Shown here: in pieces, positions 28,074 to 35,996 of the stretch
How positions within the stretch are numbered: the first letter of the stretch is position 1
Layout of the letters: every line of letters begins with the position of its first letter
Origin: Patescibacteria group bacterium
GTDB lineage: Bacteria > Patescibacteriota > Patescibacteriia > JAXHNJ01
Assembly (NCBI GenBank): GCA_034520665.1
Contig: JAXHNJ010000002.1
Location: 416,660 to 480,659, forward strand
DNA length: 64,000 bases
Direction: 5' to 3'
Made by a program: the position numbers and the translations under genes
The notes under the pieces: generated by a model
Database searches by the model: none
Told to the model about the DNA's origin: nothing
Seen by the model: the letters and a program-made list of their open reading frames with translations, nothing else

Positions 28074-29834
28074 ATGGACCAAGCTACTCAAAAACAAAAA
28101 AGCAGCGGCTACCAAGTCAGCTCCGACGAGACAAAAGAAAAGTTTGAGGAAAAAATGGATGAAATTAAACTCAAAGAAAAAGAGGAGGCGGTTAAAGCTA
28201 AAGCTGAAGAATTAAGCTTAAATTATATCAATTTAGTGGGTTTTCCGATTGGACCAGAAACTCTTTCTATTATTTCTAAAGAAGAGGCTTTAAAATGTAA
28301 GACGGTCTGTTTTCTTAAATCAGGCAAAGAGATACGTTTAGGCTGCTTAAAGCCCAATACACCCGAAACCAAAGAATTAATCAAAAAGATAAGAGAAAAA
28401 TACCAGTCTCATATTGGACTTTATTTGATTTCTGAGCATAGTTTTAAGGAAGCCATCAAGCTTTATGATCGTTTGCCCAAAATTAAAAAAGAGGTAAAAG
28501 GAGTAGAAATAGCCCAGGAAGCAATTGAAAAATTTAAAAGAGAAAAGGTTGACTTTAACGAAATAGCCAAAAAAATTCATGAGGTATCCTTAACTGAAAC
28601 TTTAAACCTACTTATTGCCGGAGCTATTAACTCCAAGGCTTCCGATCTTCATATTGAAGCGGAAGAGGGTGGTATCAAGGTACGCTATCGCATAGACGGT
28701 GTACTTCATACAGTAGCCGAATTGCCTAAAGACATCTGGAAACGCATTATTAGTCGTATAAAGCTACTCTCTGGTATGAAAATAAATATCACTAACGCTC
28801 CCCAGGACGGCCGCATAAATTTGATACTAGAGGATGGTAAAATTGATGTTCGTGTTTCTACTATTCCCACTTCCTTTGGTGAAAGTGTGGTGATGCGTCT
28901 TTTAATGCAGGGAGCCGAAAATTTAACTTTTGATCAGCTGGGACTGCGTGGTAAAGCCTTTGAACAGCTGGAAAAAGAAATTACCCGGCCTAATGGTATG
29001 GTGATTACTTCCGGTCCGACTGGCAGTGGCAAAACCACAGCTTTATACGCTATATTGAATAAACTTAATAGCTCTGAGACTAAAACTATTACCTTAGAAG
29101 ATCCGGTTGAGTATCAATTGCCAGGTATTAGTCAGAGCCAGGTTGAACACGAAGAAGATGAACAACAAGAGCAGGTAGTTACTAAAGGCGGGCAGACTAC
29201 CGTAAAAAGGGGCCGTAAACGCTATACTTATGCTAATGGTTTGAAATCCATTCTGCGCCAGGATCCGGATATAGTTATGGTGGGGGAGATTAGAGATTTA
29301 GAAACCGCTGAAATTTCTATTCAAGCGGCTTTGACTGGTCACTTGCTTTTAACCACCATTCACTCTAATGACGCCGCCGGTGTAATCCCCCGCTTTTTAG
29401 CTATGGGCACCAAACCCTTTCTTTTGGCGCCGGCCTTAAACGCTATTATGGCCCAGCGCTTAGTGAGAAAAATTTGCCCCAAATGCAAAACAGAAGATCA
29501 TCTTGACGATGAAACGCGTGAAAAAGTAAAGAAAGTATTATCTGAAATTCCAGAAAGTTTCGGCAAAAAGCCAAATTTAGATAATATAAAATTTTACCGC
29601 GGTGAAGGCTGTGAAGAATGTGGTCAAAGTGGCTTTCAAGGCCGGATTGGTATTTTTGAAATATTTATTATGAACGCTGAAATTGAAAAAATTATATTAT
29701 CCGGTAAAGTTTCTGAATATGAAATGAAAGACGTGGCTGTAAAAAACGGCATGGTCACTATGGTCCAGGACGGGCTTTTAAAGGCTTTAGACGGTATAAC
29801 TTCAGTTTCCGAAGTCTTTAGAGTGGCCGAATAA
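28074..29834 (+). CDS. PilB/GspE-family type IV pilus assembly ATPase
   Basis: ASDLHIE, PQDGR, GPTGSGKTT, LRQDPD..MVGEIRD and two CxxC motifs. Confidence 0.93.
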   Translation: MDQATQKQKSSGYQVSSDETKEKFEEKMDEIKLKEKEEAVKAKAEELSLNYINLVGFPIGPETLSIISKEEALKCKTVCFLKSGKEIRLGCLKPNTPETKELIKKIREKYQSHIGLYLISEHSFKEAIKLYDRLPKIKKEVKGVEIAQEAIEKFKREKVDFNEIAKKIHEVSLTETLNLLIAGAINSKASDLHIEAEEGGIKVRYRIDGVLHTVAELPKDIWKRIISRIKLLSGMKINITNAPQDGRINLILEDGKIDVRVSTIPTSFGESVVMRLLMQGAENLTFDQLGLRGKAFEQLEKEITRPNGMVITSGPTGSGKTTALYAILNKLNSSETKTITLEDPVEYQLPGISQSQVEHEEDEQQEQVVTKGGQTTVKRGRKRYTYANGLKSILRQDPDIVMVGEIRDLETAEISIQAALTGHLLLTTIHSNDAAGVIPRFLAMGTKPFLLAPALNAIMAQRLVRKICPKCKTEDHLDDETREKVKKVLSEIPESFGKKPNLDNIKFYRGEGCEECGQSGFQGRIGIFEIFIMNAEIEKIILSGKVSEYEMKDVAVKNGMVTMVQDGLLKALDGITSVSEVFRVAE

Positions 29835-29900
29835 TTTTTTATTATAATCAATGACCACTTATAAATTTATTATCCTATTTTAGGTGGTTTTTTTAGTAAA

Positions 29901-30437
29901 ATGTTAAAAAGCAAAGAAAATTTTCAGGAGATATACCAAGAGTATTATAAGAAAGTATATAATTATTTTTATTATCGTACTGGATTAAACGGTCAGATCT
30001 CAGAAGACTTAATGCAAGAAACTTTTCTTAAAGCTTATAATAAATGGTCAGAATATCAAGATCGCGGGTACTCTTATTTGACTTATTTATTGAAAATAGC
30101 CCATAATCTTTTAGTCAATTACTACCGTGATTTAAGACCGACTGGTCAGCTTCAGGAAATCCCCTTTAATTTTATAGAAAAGCTACAAAATGATTATGAT
30201 ATTAAAATACTCTGGCAGGAAATTAAAAAGTTGTCTTTGATTGAAAAGGAAGTTATGCTTTTGAGATACAGGTCAGAACTTCCGATAAAAAAAATTGCCC
30301 AAATATGCCATAAGTCAGAAAATGCCGTCAAATTGATCATCTCAAGAGCGAAAAAGAAATTAAAGCAAAAAAATCTAGAAAAATTTTCAAAATTACCCCA
30401 AGTAGATAAAATTAAAACCAAGATAAATTTTAAATGA
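29901..30437 (+). CDS. ECF-family sigma-70 factor
   Basis: EDLMQETFLKAY (region 2) and a region-4 HTH. Confidence 0.88.
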   Translation: MLKSKENFQEIYQEYYKKVYNYFYYRTGLNGQISEDLMQETFLKAYNKWSEYQDRGYSYLTYLLKIAHNLLVNYYRDLRPTGQLQEIPFNFIEKLQNDYDIKILWQEIKKLSLIEKEVMLLRYRSELPIKKIAQICHKSENAVKLIISRAKKKLKQKNLEKFSKLPQVDKIKTKINFK

Positions 30438-30639
30438 CACCTTTTCTTGTTTTTGGTGTTTTATTATTTGAGGGATGAAAAAGCGCCAATAAGGTTTTTT
30501 TATTCTCTGCTTTATTTAGCCTTCTAATCCCTCTTTTAGGGAGTAGACGTCGGCTCCCAATTTAATAAAAAGTATTCTAGAAAAGAAAAAAAATGGCAAA
30601 GAAAAAAGGTGGAAAGAAATAGACTCTTTTCATAAGTAA

Positions 30640-30669
30640 AAAGGCGCCTCTCTTAAGAGAGGCGCCTTT
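30640..30669. terminator. Perfect 30-bp palindrome, bidirectional terminator
   Basis: AAAGGCGCCTCTCTTAAGAGAGGCGCCTTT just downstream of valS. Confidence 0.75.
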
Positions 30670-30680
30670 GCTATATTGAT

Positions 30681-33368
30681 TTATTTGATTTTCAGTTTAG
30701 AGCGGCTAAGCCATTCAATTACTTTCTTGTTTTTAGATAGTAAGATATTTTTTTTCTTTTTAACTACAAACTCATCAGAGGGCTTTAAGTCTTTTTCTTT
30801 TTTCTTATTTCTAATATTATTAACTAGATTTTGTATTTTTTGAAAATCCTGAACCGATTTTTTATTAATTAATTTAGTCTCGACTTTGGGCCACTTGGTA
30901 ATCATGAGCATTTTCTTTGGATTTAACTTTTGCCAAACCTCTTCAGTAATAAAGGGAATAAACGGATGCCAGAGTTTCAAAATTTCTTCAAGTACATAAT
31001 AAGTAATGGCATGATTTTTTTCTAGCTTGGAAATTTCCAAATACCAATCAGCAAATTTATGCCAGGTAAATTCATAAAGTTTTTCGGTGGCTTGAGAAAA
31101 ATGAAATTTTTCAAAATCCTCATCTACTTCCTTAATTAAAGTATTTAGCTCGGAAAGAATCCATTGATCAGTTAAGCTTTTAGCCTTTATTTTTGTTTTT
31201 GGCCGTTTATTCATAAAGGTAAAACGGGCGATATTCCAGAGTTTATTGCAAAAATTTCTAGCCCCGGCAATTTTTTGCTCATACATTTTCATATCTTGCC
31301 CAGGGGTCGTGCCTAAAATAAGGCTAAGGCGGATAGCGTCGGTGCCGTATTTTTCTGTCATGAGCAGAGGGTCAACCCCAGTGCCTTTAGATTTAGACAT
31401 TTTCTTACCCTGTTTATCCAAGATTAAGCCATGCAGATAAACCGTTTTAAAGGGGATTTCTTTGAGATGATAAAGGCTCATCATAATCATGCGGGCTACC
31501 CAAAAGAAAAGAATATCCCAGCCGGTTTCCATGACGTCGGTCGGATGAAACTTAGCTAAATCGTTTTTTTTTGTTGGCTGGTCGGCCGTAGTTTTAGCAA
31601 AGGCGGGCCAACCGAGAGTGGAAAAGGTCCAGAGCGAGGAAGAAAACCAGGTATCCAGAGTATCTGGATCCTGTTTTAAATCAGTAGAACCGCAATAAGG
31701 ACATTTCTTTGGCTTTTTAATAGAGGCCATAACCTGAGCGCAACCCTTTTCTTCTAAAGGATAGAATTTATAAGTGTAAATATAAGTTTTAGTGCCGGGG
31801 CTAACTTTTTTCTTAGAGTAATGTTTTTTAAAAGCTTTAATAAGTTGCTTTACACTCTCGTAGGTAGTGTGATGCTCTTTATCTTTAAGGTCTATGTCAG
31901 AAATTTTCTTTTCTTCAATATTAATAATCACGCCCTGGCCAAATATTTTTTTGGTCTGAGAATTTTCAAAGACAAATTTTTCTCCGATTTTCAAGTCATG
32001 TTTTCTCAGGCGGTAGGTTTTAGTTTTACCTTTTTTGACTGGGGATACAACCTTAGAAGCAAAGCCCATTCTTTTTTCGTGAGCTAAGTTTTTATCCCCG
32101 CAATACCAAACCGGAATTTGATGGCCCCACCAAAGCTGGCGAGAAATGCACCAATCTCTAATGTTTTTTAGAAAGTGAAAATAAACTTTTTTAAAACGCG
32201 CCGGAATAATTTTTACCTTTTCTTTTTTAACTACCTCAAGGGCTTCTTTAGCCAGATTATCCATTTTAATAAACCATTGCTTAGTGGCTATCGGCTCAAT
32301 TACGGCTTGACAGCGCTGGCAATAGGCCATGGATTTTTGGTAATCTTCAGTTTTATAGAGAAAGCCGTGCTGTTTTAATTTAGCTAAAACTTTATGGCGA
32401 GCTTCCTTTACTTTAAGCCCAAAAAAACCTTCAGTAGCTTGTTTAGTCATGCGTCCGTCCAGGCCAATGACTCTAATTATGGACAAATCACTTCGTTTAG
32501 CAATCTGAAAATCCAAATCATCATGAGCCGGAGTAACCTTAACGGCGCCGGTGCCAAATTCCTGATCCACATTTTTATCAGCCACGATAGGCACTTGTCG
32601 GTTTATTAGAGGAATTAATACTTTTTTACCGACTAATTTTTTATAACGCTTATCATGGGGGTTAACCGCCACAGCTGTATCGCCGAGCATAGTCTCGGGC
32701 CGGGTGGTGGCTACTTTTATAAACTGGCAAGAGGTGCCGACAATCGGATATTTTATATACCAGAGCTGGCTTTCCTTTTCTTTATAATTTACTTCTAGAT
32801 TGGAAAGAGCGGTCTGGCAACGGGGACACCAGTTAGTAATGCGTAAATCGCGGTAAATAAGTCTGTCATTAAACATCTCTATAAAAGCGGTTTGTACGGC
32901 CTGAGTTAAGTCTTTATCCATAGTAAAGTGCTGCCTAGACCAGTCGCAGGAAGCGCCCATGCTTTTGTATTGCTCTAAAATTTTTCCGCCATATTTTTCT
33001 TTCCAGCTCCAGACATGCTCTAAAAATTTTTTCCGGCCAATCTGATGGCGGTTAATGCCCTCTTTTTTTAATAATCTCTCGACCATCACTTGAGTAGAGA
33101 TACCAGCGTGATCAGTACCCGGCAACCAAAGAGTTTTTTCCTGTTTCAGGCGGTGATAGCGGGTTATAATATCCTGCAGGGTTAAATACCGAGCATGACC
33201 AATATGAAGATCACCAGTGACATTAGCCGGCGGCATAGCCATAGAAAATCTTTTTTTGGTTTTAAAAGGCAGTTTATCCGGATTAAAAAAACCGCTCTTT
33301 TGCCATAGCTTGTAGATATTTTTTTCTGTTAATTTGGCGTCGTAGACCTTAGGGAGTTCTTTTGACAT
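30681..33368 (-). CDS. valS: Valine--tRNA ligase with an internal ASCH-like insertion and shortened C-terminus
   Basis: LHIGH, GTDHAGI, DWCISRQLWWGH, DTWFSS and KMSKS motifs. Confidence 0.97.
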   Translation of the reverse strand: MSKELPKVYDAKLTEKNIYKLWQKSGFFNPDKLPFKTKKRFSMAMPPANVTGDLHIGHARYLTLQDIITRYHRLKQEKTLWLPGTDHAGISTQVMVERLLKKEGINRHQIGRKKFLEHVWSWKEKYGGKILEQYKSMGASCDWSRQHFTMDKDLTQAVQTAFIEMFNDRLIYRDLRITNWCPRCQTALSNLEVNYKEKESQLWYIKYPIVGTSCQFIKVATTRPETMLGDTAVAVNPHDKRYKKLVGKKVLIPLINRQVPIVADKNVDQEFGTGAVKVTPAHDDLDFQIAKRSDLSIIRVIGLDGRMTKQATEGFFGLKVKEARHKVLAKLKQHGFLYKTEDYQKSMAYCQRCQAVIEPIATKQWFIKMDNLAKEALEVVKKEKVKIIPARFKKVYFHFLKNIRDWCISRQLWWGHQIPVWYCGDKNLAHEKRMGFASKVVSPVKKGKTKTYRLRKHDLKIGEKFVFENSQTKKIFGQGVIINIEEKKISDIDLKDKEHHTTYESVKQLIKAFKKHYSKKKVSPGTKTYIYTYKFYPLEEKGCAQVMASIKKPKKCPYCGSTDLKQDPDTLDTWFSSSLWTFSTLGWPAFAKTTADQPTKKNDLAKFHPTDVMETGWDILFFWVARMIMMSLYHLKEIPFKTVYLHGLILDKQGKKMSKSKGTGVDPLLMTEKYGTDAIRLSLILGTTPGQDMKMYEQKIAGARNFCNKLWNIARFTFMNKRPKTKIKAKSLTDQWILSELNTLIKEVDEDFEKFHFSQATEKLYEFTWHKFADWYLEISKLEKNHAITYYVLEEILKLWHPFIPFITEEVWQKLNPKKMLMITKWPKVETKLINKKSVQDFQKIQNLVNNIRNKKKEKDLKPSDEFVVKKKKNILLSKNKKVIEWLSRSKLKIK

Positions 33369-33576
33369 ATTTATTTTATCGTTTTAGGTGATACGGTGTC
33401 GATACCCCCGCCATAGGCGGGCAGGCGTATTATTTTGCGTCTGACGTGGTATGGTCCGTATAACGAAAACTGTATGAGGTTACGGGCGTTGAAACCGTAA
33501 AACGTATTACTATTAGTTAAAGTTTACCTTTTTTCAGGCATATTTTCAACCTTTAGTTATTCGTATTTAGATAAAA

Positions 33577-33605
33577 TTGACTTATTAGTCTTAAAAGACT
33601 AAAAT
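33577..33605 (+). promoter_or_regulatory. Sigma70-type promoter with overlapping palindrome
   Basis: TTGACT-17nt-TAAAAT; TTAGTCTT-AA-AAGACTAA (33585..33602) overlaps the spacer and -10. Confidence 0.55.
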
Positions 33606-33633
33606 TAATTAGAGACAATTAATAAAAAATTAT

Positions 33634-34335
33634 ATGATGGAAAATCAAGAAAAAAACTTACCAGGAGGGGAATTTGATGAAGACGGAAATCTTATTGAAA
33701 GAGAGAATATTAAAAAAGAAGCCTTTGAGGAGGAAGACCAGGGCGGATTTTTAATTGAGGGTGAAAGAAAAATTGATCAGGAAACTGGCCACATAATTCA
33801 TGAACATAAGGTAGCCTATGAAAGCGAAGAAGATAAAAAAGAAGGTAAAATTAAATGGGGTAATGAAAACGATTATAGCTTTGATGAAAAAGGCCGAGTG
33901 GTATTTAGCCGTAAGCAAGGCTTTAGTGATCAGGAAAAGTTTAAAGAAGAAGGAGAAATTGACTGGGGCCAGGAAAGAGAATATGAGTATGATGATGATA
34001 GCCACAAAATTATTGAGCAGGGTAATAACTTGGAAAATGATACCGCCTGGAAGATTGAAACCCAGCTTGATAATCAGGGTCGTAAAAAATTAACTATTCA
34101 CGAAACCACCAGTGGTCCGGAAAAGGGCCGAAAACTAGAAACCAAATATTCTTATGAAAAAGGTAAAATTGAACATGACGGTCAAGAATACGAGGGAATG
34201 ATCAGAACTGAAGACGGTCGGGTTTTAGAACAAGGTGATGATGACACAAAAAAAGCCAAGGGTGAAACCTGGCAGAAAATTGTAGTTTTTGATGAAGAAG
34301 ATAATTACTTAGCGCACTGGCGGACTAAAGAATAA
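33634..34335 (+). CDS. Highly acidic hypothetical protein with YD-like internal repeats
   Basis: Long ORF with its own promoter and GGAGG near the start; E/D-rich; repeated W....Y.(F/Y)D..G motif. Confidence 0.75.
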   Translation: MMENQEKNLPGGEFDEDGNLIERENIKKEAFEEEDQGGFLIEGERKIDQETGHIIHEHKVAYESEEDKKEGKIKWGNENDYSFDEKGRVVFSRKQGFSDQEKFKEEGEIDWGQEREYEYDDDSHKIIEQGNNLENDTAWKIETQLDNQGRKKLTIHETTSGPEKGRKLETKYSYEKGKIEHDGQEYEGMIRTEDGRVLEQGDDDTKKAKGETWQKIVVFDEEDNYLAHWRTKE

Positions 34336-34355
34336 ATAGCAGTTAAAAAATTAAT

Positions 34356-35405
34356 TTACTTAAGCTCCCAGTTGGGATCAGCTTTGATTTTTTCTATTTT
34401 GGTAAAGTTTTTTTTCTGAGCCTGAAACCAACCAGCCAGGGCGATCATAGCCGCGTTATCAGTACAAAATTTTAAAGGAGGTATATAGAGCTTAATATTT
34501 TTAGTTCTCTTTTTAAACTGTTTAGCCAAGGTTTGATTAGCGGCCACTCCCCCGCTTACCATAATCGTGTTTACTTTATATTCTTTAGCCGCCTTTAAGG
34601 TTTTTCCGATTAGAACATCAAAACAGGCTTTTTGAAATGAAGCAGCTAAGTCTTTTTTAAATTTTAAATTAATGTTTTTTTGGTCTTTGACCAAATATAA
34701 AACAGCTGTTTTCAAACCCGAGAAACTAAAATCATAGTTTTTTTTATCCATCATTGGGCGGGGTAAATTATATTTATCAGAATTCCCCTCTTTGGCCATT
34801 TTTTCAATAATCGGACCGCCCGGATAACCTAAGCCCAATAATTTAGCCACTTTATCAAAAGCCTCGCCAGCCGCGTCATCCAGAGTCTGGCCGATTTTTT
34901 TGTAATGATATTCATTTTTCATCAGAATAATTTCAGTATGGCCGCCGGAAATAATTAAACAAATAGCCGGGAATTTAATTTTAGGGAGTTTGAAATTTAA
35001 AACGTGTGATTTGTGATTTGCGATTTGCGAATGGCGATCTGAAGGCAGCCAGTTGGCGTAAAGGTGCCCCGCCATATGATTAACAGCCACTAAAGGCTTA
35101 TTAAGAGCAAAGGCTAGTGTTTTAGCCGTTTCTACGCCAATGATTAAGGAGGTTACAAGACCAGGCCCGGCTGTGACGGCCAGTATATCTATTTTCTTTA
35201 AATCTTTAACGGCTTCTTTAATAACGGGAATTATTTTAGTGGTATGCTCTCTGGCCGCCACTTCCGGGACTATACCGCCGGTTTTAGCGTGAAGATCAAT
35301 TTGTGAAGCCACTATGTTTGAGTGTAATTTAAAATTATTGCCTTTGGCTTCTAATAAAGCGGCCGCGGTTTCATCACATGATGTTTCTATGGCTAAAATT
35401 TTCAT
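34356..35405 (-). CDS. tsaD: tRNA t6A transferase TsaD
   Basis: ETSCDET, HMAGH, SGGHT, DDAAGEAFDK, FSFSGLKT and TDNAAMI motifs. Confidence 0.97.
   Translation of the reverse strand: MKILAIETSCDETAAALLEAKGNNFKLHSNIVASQIDLHAKTGGIVPEVAAREHTTKIIPVIKEAVKDLKKIDILAVTAGPGLVTSLIIGVETAKTLAFALNKPLVAVNHMAGHLYANWLPSDRHSQIANHKSHVLNFKLPKIKFPAICLIISGGHTEIILMKNEYHYKKIGQTLDDAAGEAFDKVAKLLGLGYPGGPIIEKMAKEGNSDKYNLPRPMMDKKNYDFSFSGLKTAVLYLVKDQKNINLKFKKDLAASFQKACFDVLIGKTLKAAKEYKVNTIMVSGGVAANQTLAKQFKKRTKNIKLYIPPLKFCTDNAAMIALAGWFQAQKKNFTKIEKIKADPNWELK
35004..35038. repeat. Five degenerate 7-nt tandem units inside tsaD
   Basis: GTGTGAT TTGTGAT TTGCGAT TTGCGAA TGGCGAT. Confidence 0.8.
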
Positions 35406-35449
35406 AGGTTTATTTTAACATATTTTAAAAAATTTTATTTATTAATTTA

Positions 35450-35477
35450 GTAGATGTCAGCCGCGACTGATGGCTAC
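35450..35477. repeat. GTAG...CTAC REP-like palindrome, degenerate copy
   Basis: GTAGATGTCAGCCGCGACTGATGGCTAC, similar to 39388..39415. Confidence 0.65.
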
Positions 35478-35497
35478 CGGTTAATTAAAAATTATTC

Positions 35498-35526
35498 TTG
35501 ACATTATTTAAATATTTAGCTATTAT
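35498..35526 (+). promoter_or_regulatory. Sigma70-type promoter upstream of the tRNA-Glu repeat array
   Basis: TTGACA-17nt-TATTAT. Confidence 0.7.
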
Positions 35527-35566
35527 GCTATTACTTTTTGGAAAATTTAAAAAATAAATTATAAAG

Positions 35567-35820
35567 AGGTTAAATGATCAAGGCGTGAGTCGTCTAGTTT
35601 GGTCTAGCTTTCCGGCGGTCATCCCTACGGGAGATGTCCCGAAGGAACAAAGATCACCCGTAGGGTGAGACACCAGCCTGAATTAAATTTCAATACCTCT
35701 TTGATAAAAAGGTTAAATGATTATGGCCCTGTCGTCTAGTTTGGTCTAGCCTCCCTTCGGGAGATCACCCGTCGGGTGAGACACCAGCCTGAATTAAATT
35801 TCAATACCTCTTTGATAAAA
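35567..35820 (+). repeat. Two tandem tRNA-Glu 5'-half pseudo-copies (143 and 111 bp) carrying hairpin insertions
   Basis: Each unit is AGGTTAAATGAT leader + GTCGTCTAGTTTGGTCTAG + insert + GACACCAG + identical tail CCTGAATTAAATTTCAATACCTCTTTGATAAAA. Confidence 0.92.
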
Positions 35821-35835
35821 AGGTTAAATGATTAT

Positions 35836-35910
35836 GGCCCTGTCGTCTAGTTTGGTCTAGGACACCAGGTTTTCATCCTGGCAACAGGGGTTCAAATCCC
35901 CTCGGGGTCA
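35836..35910 (+). tRNA. tRNA-Glu(TTC), no encoded CCA
   Basis: Cloverleaf: acceptor GGCCCTG/CGGGGTC, anticodon arm CCAGG-TTTTCAT-CCTGG, T-arm AGGGG-TTCAAAT-CCCCT. Confidence 0.95.
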
Positions 35911-35996
35911 TTTAACCTTTTTTGATATTAAAGGTTAATATATGGAAAAAGCGGGATTTCCTTTGATAAGTAACCCCGCTTTAAATCCCCTCTTGG

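Noticed and set aside
31750-32085. Intein in valS
   Set aside because: No C-terminal HN motif and no LAGLIDADG blocks; too short and ASCH-like
33375-33510. T-box riboswitch upstream of valS
   Set aside because: No TGGNACC T-box motif or terminator/antiterminator pair seen on the coding strand
35750-35779. tRNA intron interpretation of the inserts
   Set aside because: Insert-bearing copies lack the anticodon loop and 3' half; the inserts are too short for group I/II introns and show no clear bulge-helix-bulge
35567-35910. CRISPR array interpretation of the tandem repeats
   Set aside because: Repeats are tRNA-derived and long, the variable parts are related hairpins rather than unique spacers, and there are no cas genes in the window
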